Below are positions 57,275 to 64,000 of a stretch of 64,000 nucleotides of DNA, in pieces. The position numbers and the translations under genes are program-made. The stretch's first letter is position 1, and every line of letters begins with the position of its first letter. Under the pieces are notes generated by a model that saw nothing but the letters and a program-made list of their open reading frames with translations, searched no databases and had not been told where the DNA came from. Source of the stretch: Camelus ferus (taxonomy: Eukaryota); assembly GCF_009834535.1 (NCBI RefSeq), contig NC_045714.1:14756001-14820000 (forward strand). Direction: 5' to 3'.

Positions 57275-59377
57275 GTAAGGACACGGGCAGGGGGCTTCCT
57301 GGGACTGTGGACCCCACCAGACACCCACCTGCCCGCCCAGCCCTCCACCCCAGCTGACCCGCAGGGCGCTCCTGCTCGGGGCGGAGGCCCTGCAGTGGGA
57401 CTGGCTTCCCTCTGTCCTGAGTCCCTGGCAGGGACAGGCTCTCTGCAAGCAGAGCCAGGAGGCAGGACGGCCCCTCTGCCCACAGCCCCACCCTCAGCTG
57501 TGGCTTGACCTTTGGCCTTGCAGTCCTTTCTTTCACTTGGGGCTTTTTTGTGTTTTCTATTTTGTTTTTTAACAGTTATCAACACACTGTGCATTTAATG
57601 TCCTCTTACATGTATGTTTTTTTAGAAAGTCATTCCACAAACACGTTTTCAAAGTGAAATTTTCAAACATTAGAATTTAGAGTAAAAAGTGACCCCCACC
57701 CCCAAGGAGAGCCCCAAGATGCTGGCTGCCACCATCACCCCAGATCCCCGTACCCCTTGTGCGGTGCACCGCGTCCAGCAAGGGGTGCTTCGATCTGACC
57801 ACTCCCTCCTGGGTGTCCTTTTGGGGTAACGAGCATTGCAGTGTCGTTTGTAACTCCCCGAACCCGAGGAGGAAGGCTGCTTAGACCGACTCTGGGAGGT
57901 GGCGTCCAAGGCTCCGGTCACTCAGGGAGCCTCCTCTGCCCTGCTGGCCGCATCCCTGGCGTGCGCCCGGCTCCCATGGGCGACGAGGGTGGGGGACCAC
58001 GTTTCCTTGCCGGTTCAGCTGTGCTTCGTGGATGCGGCTCAAGCGGCCTCGCGAGGGCGGCAGGGGGCATCACGCAGCCACCAGCCTGGAGCCCAGGGTC
58101 TGCCAGCCCCCTCTTCCTGGTGGCCTGTCTTCCTGTTTTTGCTTTTGCAGGCAGGTTGGTGATGGCTGAGTGGGTGGGGCCCTGGGTCCTCAGGGTCACC
58201 CAGGGGGCTAAGCCACTAAGGGGCCTCACAGACGCTTGAGTCCAGACAGCACGAGGTCCCCCAGGCTCTGGGTGAGCTGGGGGGGCGGGGGGTGCAGGCT
58301 CCACGTCCAGGCTGCCCTTCCCCGAGGGCGGTGGGGGAGGAGCTCCTGGGTGGGTGCCTCCCACTGCCAGCCCCCCGGCTGTCTCCCCAGTGCCCCACCA
58401 AGGCCCCGACCTGTGGACCCAGAGGGCGGCCTGGAAAGCCTCCCCCAAGACGTGAGGGGCACAGCGAGACAGAGGCTCTTCATGAGCTGGGCTCCCTGCT
58501 CACAAGTGACTTTTCAAAGCCACCACCCCCGAGACATTCCTGCCTTTCAGCCCGTGCTCCAGGGAGCAGAGGCCCATCCGGAGACCGGCTCAGCTGCTTC
58601 CAGCTCTGAAGCCCTCATTGTGCCTCTGTGGGCTCCCGCCAGCCCTGTGCTTCCCCTGTGCTCCTGACTTCAGAGGGGCAGCCGGAAGAAGCCTGTCTCT
58701 CCCCGTTTTCCAAAAATAGCCATCCCCACCAACGAGCTCCCGGAAGCTTCCCCTGGAGGTCAGGCTGTGCCTGGGGCCCCAGGCCTCCACTGCCCCTTCC
58801 TCCTCCCAGGACGGCCAGGGCACCCACCCCAGCGCACCCACCAGAGTGCAGCCCCACACTCAGGGCTCTCCACACCCAGGGCGCCCACCCCAGGGCACCC
58901 TACCCTCATGGGCTGTGTAAACCAACCGTGACCTTGGCAGCTGCGATCTGCGGCCGCACAGCTGCTCCTCCCGCTGCCAGACTCAGGCAGGGGAACCCGG
59001 GTTGGGAGGCAGCTGCTGTGTTGGCGCAGCGCCTGCGTCTCCGGGGGCAGTTACTGCCGCTCCCAGATGCTGACCTGAGCCTCTCTCTAGGGGATGGGGG
59101 GACACCCCTAGGGGCAGGCGGGGGCCTCCTCAGAAGGAGCAGTCTCCCCTCCCTGGAGCTGCCAGGTGGCCCCAGTGCCTCAGAGCCGTCAGAAGCCGGG
59201 TCCCCCTTCAGCCCCAGGTGGGGCCTCCTCTTGCCTAGCCCCACCCAAGTGAGCCCTCAGTGGGGCCACAGCCTCCTCAGGTGGTCAGGGCGGGCCCCTC
59301 ACACCTCTCCCAGCTCTCCACAGCTGGTTGGTGTGGGCCCCAGAGGTCATCCTGGCCACCCTGTCCTGTTTCCCCAG

Positions 59378-59488
59378 CAAGCGGCCGCCTGAAGCTGGTG
59401 GTGCTGCCTGAGGACCGGCTACAGATGACGTGGAGGGAGTCGGAGGGGCGCAGCCTTGGCTTCCTGGTGCGGGTGAAGCCCATGGCAG
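59378..59488 (+). CDS. COL20A1: COL20A1 exon 3 (first FN3: SGRLKLVVLPEDRLQMTWRESEGRSLGFLVRVKPMA)
   Basis: TTTCCCCAG acceptor, CAG|GTAGGA donor, 111 nt, phase 1-1. Confidence 0.95.
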
Positions 59489-59999
59489 GTAGGACCTGCG
59501 CCTCCCCTCCGTGCGGACCACAGTGACAGCGGTCACCATAGGCGCTGCAGTGGCCGGCTCCTCTGTGAGTCTGCCCTCCCTCCTGTCCATCTGCCCTGCT
59601 AACTCGGGGAAATCATGGCAGGAGGACAGGTCCTAGGGAGTCCCCATAGCTGTGTCCCCACACCTGGCACACGCAGGGGCATTCGGTCAAGGACCCTCCT
59701 CCAGCTTAGAGCTGTCAGGACTCTGCCAGCTCAAGCGGCCCATGTCTTATAGGACGGTGGCGGAGACGCCTGGTGGCTCAGCACAGACCTCCAGACAGGG
59801 TGAGGGCTGCGAGTATTAAACCCTTTCCAAAACTGAGGTGTGACACCTGCAGGCGAGTCCCCAGTCACGGGCGTGTGGCTGCCGCGTTGGCCAGATGCAC
59901 GATGCGAACCTGCGCTCAGTCCCTGCGGGGAGAGGCCCCGCCGGGCTCACTGGCGCTGCCCCGAGAAGACCCCCAGCCTGACCTGGCTGTGGTTTCCCT

Positions 60000-62680
60000 A
60001 GTATTTTAGCTAAGCCACCTTTGTTTATTTTTCCTGTCTTTTATATCGTTACTGATGTTTTGCGTGTGTATCTACTTACCCATCAACTGCTGAGAGAAGT
60101 ATTTTAAATCCCCGGCGTGACTGCAGATACGCCTTCCTCGTGCGTCTCACTAATCGGTTTACGTGTCGAAGCTCTGTTATTAGGTGCATACAAATGTAGA
60201 ACGGTCGTGCCTTCCTAGTAGACGGAACCTCTTCTGTGACAAAGTACTCCTCATTACCTCCCTGCGGCCATTTTTTTTTACGTTCTGCTTTCCGTAAGGT
60301 CAGTATTGCTCCACCAGGAAGCGTTTGCTCTGGATGCCGTGCTCCGTTCCTCTCCTTGACCTTCCTCCAGCCTTTCGCTTCAGACGCTGCTTCTCAGAAG
60401 CACAGAATTGCTGTTGTTTTTATCCAGTGATACAGTCTTTCCCTTTTCGTCGAAACATTTCCCCGTTTACATTTAATGACATTTCTGATACATTTGGATT
60501 TAAATCTACTATCTTTCTATTTGTTTTGTTTTTGTTCCACTAGTTATAACTTCTTCCTCTCCTGTCTTCTTTGGAACTGAATTTTTCTAGAACAATTTTA
60601 AAACATGCGGAAGAAGAGAGTTCGGTGTGATGCAGCCTCGTGCGCCCGGGACTAAGCTCCAACAGCTGCCAGCACGCGGCGGGGCCGCGCTGTGCTTCTC
60701 TCCCAGCACCTTCCTTAGGTTGTGTTATCTTGAGCAAGTCCCAGACAGCATATACTTCTGCCTATAAATATTTCAGTATGTTTCTCTAAAAAGGAAGGGA
60801 TGAAAAATAACTCCAGTACTGCTAGCATGCCTGAAAAATGAAAATACTTCAGGACTATCATTAAATATTCTGTTGTGTTAAAAATCATCCAGCCTGCCAG
60901 GTAAATGTCATTTACAATTGACTTCCTTGCACGGGGGTCCCCGCAGGGCCCTCGCACTGTGCCTCACACTGTACTGGTTCCCATGTCTCAGGTAATGTTC
61001 CGTCCAGAACAGTGTCCTCTCCCCTCCTTTTCCTCGGCACTTGTTTGTGGAAAAAAAAGATCATTCATCCTGGAGGACTTGCACGTCCTACGTCTTGCTG
61101 ACGGCATCCCCGTGGTGCCTTTTAGATTGCTTCTGTCCCCCGTTCTGCCCCGTAGATTGGCAGTTAGGTCCCGGAGTTTGATCAGATCCGGGTTTGATTG
61201 TATTCTGTGGACAGGAATCGTTTGTGAGTGGTTCCTGTCCCACTGCGCCCTCACTGGAGGTGCACAGTGTCTGTTGCCTCTTTTCTCGTGTGGAGTTACC
61301 ACGGATTGGCAGCTGTGAGAGGAGTGGGCACTTTCCGCATTCCGTGTCCCCTTTGCTCGTGTGGTGGACAGGGGCCGCAGCACCGCCCTCGGTTTATTAG
61401 CACGTAGCATCGTGACAGCTCTGTAGCTTTCCCCGCACAGACGCCGCACAGCGGTGCCCGCCCTGTCTCATGTGTGCTCCTCCGTAACCTACAGCAAATC
61501 TCATAAAGCATTTCCATTTTTTCAGTTGCTTGATTTGATGTTAATTCAGACCAGCTCGTGTATTTACCCCTTCGTTGCCCTTTGTTCCTTCCAGTGCCTC
61601 TCCTTCTGGGGCTGTCTTCTTTCTGCCTGAAACGTTTCCTTGAGTAAGGGTCTCCTGGCTGCAGGTTCTGTGTTTTGGGGGGATTTGTTTTTTTCCTAAA
61701 TGTCTGTATTCCACCTTCGTTCTTGAAGGATGTCATTGCTGGGTATAGAATTTTGGTTGGAACTTCCCTTCAGCACCTTGAAGACTCCTTTTATTGTCTT
61801 TCGGCTCCTACCGTTTCTCTTGAGAATTCGGTTGCCAGCCCAGTTGCTGCCCCATTAGATGAGATGTCTTGCTTCCTTTTTTCCCTAATCCCTGCTTTTA
61901 AGACTTTTCCCTCTGCTGCAGTTTCCAGCACATTTAGTCTGGTGTGCGTGCGCGTGCGGGTCTCTCATCTTGCTTCAGGCCCATTGGACTGCCGGGACCC
62001 AGGTCTGACGCCCTGTAGCTCTGGAAACCTCCTTAGCTGATCTCCTCAAGCCATACTTGCTCCTGCTCTCCCCGTCTCCCCGTGGGCTACACGATGGGGG
62101 TCTTGTCACTGCATCGGTGCCTCGTACGCCTTCTCCAGTGTTTTCAGTTCCTTTCTCTCTCCAGCCTTCCTTTTTGGTCTCACTCTGAAATGCCTTCCCC
62201 TGCTTACCCCCTCATTTGTCTGTAACAAGCTGTTCAGTCATTCTCAGAATTTCTAGCTTCAGCTTTTGTGTTTCTCCATTCTAGAATTCCCATTTGGAAA
62301 TTTGCACTTGGTTTTTCCACTCCAGAATTTCTTTTTCATTGGTTTGTTTTCATAGTTTGATATCCAAATTCATAGGCTTGGTCATTTTGAAGTCTCGTAA
62401 CTCCATTATCTGGGAAATCTGCGGGTCCCTTTCTCTTGTCTAAGGTTTCGTTTCTTTTAACTTTCAACCATGCCATCTTGCTCCCTTGTACACCTGGTTA
62501 TTTGTTGTTGCAGACACTGTGAAAACCTATAGGAATAGTGTATGGCCTCGTATGACATTGTCTTCCTTCAGAAACAATTTGTGGTTGTTTCTGACAGATG
62601 ACAACCTGGGTCATCTTCACTCCATCTTAGAAGTTAAGATTGTTTGAAGCTGGGGTCCAGTCCCTTCAAGACCCAATCTG
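60000..62680 (-). mobile_element. Degraded antisense L1M-type LINE sequence (mosaic) in COL20A1 intron 3
   Basis: T-rich antisense L1 motifs: CTCTGTTATTAGGTGCATACAAAT; TTCTTGAAGGATGTCATTGCTGGGTATAGAATTTTGGTTG; TTTCAGCTCTAG-like TTTCTCCATTCTAGAATTCCCATTTGG. Boundaries approximate. Confidence 0.75.
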
Positions 62681-62853
62681 TCCTCACGAATCCTAGCTCC
62701 TGGGTGTAGCTCTTCAGTGTCTCAACCCAAAGAATTGTGGGGGGGCGGGCATGGGCCAAGGATTCACACCCTCAGAGGGCCCCAGGCCCTTCTTGCCCCT
62801 TAAGCCTCCACGCCCGTCAAAGCCGCTGGCCTGGGTCTCTCTCCCAGACACCC

Positions 62854-63214
62854 TGTCTTCACCTGTTCAGGCTGCTCCAACAAGGGACTACAGGCTGCAG
62901 TTGCAACAAGTTGAATGACATTGGCTTCCCGCCGTCCAGGAGGCTGGACGTCCGAGGCCAGGGCTCCAGCGCGGCTGGGTTCTTGGAGGGCTCTCCTCCT
63001 GGTTCACAGACCGTGCTCTTCTCGCTCTCTCCTCGTGCGGCAGAAACAGCGAGGGAGCTCTAGGGGGGCCCCTCTTATCAGGGCGCTGGCCCCCTCGTGA
63101 GGGCTGCACCCTCATGACCTCGTCCCCTCCCGGGGGCCACCTCCTGACGGGTCGCCTTGGGGGTTAGGATGTCAGCCTGTGAACCTGGGCGGATGCAAAT
63201 GTTCAGTCCACAGC
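62854..63214 (-). mobile_element. MLT1A-like MaLR LTR (GC-shifted)
   Basis: TGTCTTCACCTGTTCAGGCTGCTCCAACAA...GAGGGCTGCACCCTCATGACCT...TTGGGGGTTAGGATGTCA...ATGTTCAGTCCACAGC. Confidence 0.75.
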
Positions 63215-63813
63215 CCACCCTGGCATGCAAGCGGGCCGGGGGCAGGGATGGCCTCTTTGTTCCGGATCGCCACCCGGTTAGCGCGCTCGGCCTTCAAGGG
63301 ATTCTGTGGAAAAACGCCACCTAGTTTCCCAACTCTCAGCAAGAGGGGGTGTTGCCGGCGCCAGAGCGGAAGCCCAGCCCGGACCTCGCGTGTCCTCCAG
63401 GTGCTGGCCCTGGCGGGTGGGGGCCCGGCTCCTCCAGCCATCGGCCTCTCTCCCTGTGCAGCCTCCATCGTCACAACTTCGTGGTGGCCCCAGGACTGTT
63501 GCGCTGGGGCATCTGGAGGGCTCATGGGTGCTCGCAGTGGGTAAATCCCTCCGGGGAGGCTTGGTAAAGGACACACTACTTTGCTGCTGCAGATGCATTC
63601 ATCCTCAGTTTATTGCCCAGGAGTGCTGCTCCCTCTCATCAGGTCCTAGAGGGAGGAGCAAAGGCCTCTCCCCTTCCTCCCTCCTCTGCCCCGAGGGGAG
63701 GAGCTGGGGTGGGGGGAGCCCGGAGGACTTCACCACTCCCCGACAGGCACACACACGTGCACGCAGACTGTCCGGCTCGGCAGCCTTGACAGCTCTCCCC
63801 ACCCCCACCCCAG

Positions 63814-63957
63814 GGGACCCAGAGCAGGAGGTGATGCTGACAACCAAGACCCCCAAGGCCACGGTGGGGGGCCTGAGCCCCTCCAAAGGCTACAGCGTGC
63901 AAATCTTCGAGCTCACGGGCTCAGGGAACACCCTGCTGGCTCGGAGGGAGTTTGTGA
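63814..63957 (+). CDS. COL20A1: COL20A1 exon 4 (GDPEQEVMLTTKTPKATVGGLSPSKGYSVQIFELTGSGNTLLARREFV). Gene continues beyond the window
   Basis: CCCCAG acceptor, A|GTAAGT donor, 144 nt. Not in the supplied ORF track. Confidence 0.95.
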
Positions 63958-64000
63958 GTAAGTCCGTCCTCTGGGGGTGCACGTGTTTGCACAGAGAAGG

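Noticed and set aside
58482-58667. ATGAGCTGG... as an alternative COL20A1 start
   Set aside because: No signal peptide or suitable donor. The exon at 57193-57274 fits far better.
59755-59800. GGAGACGCCTGGTGGCTCAG, resembling a tRNA-derived SINE head
   Set aside because: Too short, no B box, SINE body or A-tail follows.

Overview
GC-rich eutherian mammal DNA syntenic with human 20q13.33. It does not look primate or rodent (no Alu/B1/B2-like SINE seen), but I cannot name the species. Gene order: YTHDF1 (-, coding exons 1-3; the large YTH exon lies off the left end), BIRC7/Livin (+, complete), NKAIN4 (-, complete, 7 coding exons, 207 aa), ARFGAP1 (+, complete, about 420 aa plus the 30-nt brain/heart exon), and the 5' part of COL20A1 (+). 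All exon boundaries were read by hand and give canonical GT-AG junctions with consistent phases. Top finding: BIRC7 'intron 4' holds an intact, phase-1/phase-1, 204-nt exon (14097-14300). It encodes an IAP-type UBA ubiquitin-binding domain (MGF loop, LVADLL helix) that aligns without gaps to the XIAP UBA as I recall it. Human and mouse Livin are described as BIR+RING only, so this lineage may keep an ancestral BIR-UBA-RING Livin. Other items: a second in-frame candidate BIRC7 exon; loss of the Livin-alpha acceptor; a tandem duplication of the ARFGAP1 exon-6 donor that creates a frameshifting competitor site; an RE1/REST site in NKAIN4; an overlapping uORF in YTHDF1; and GC/CpG-shifted ancient L1 relics. 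Most of the long ORFs in the supplied track are GC-content artefacts.
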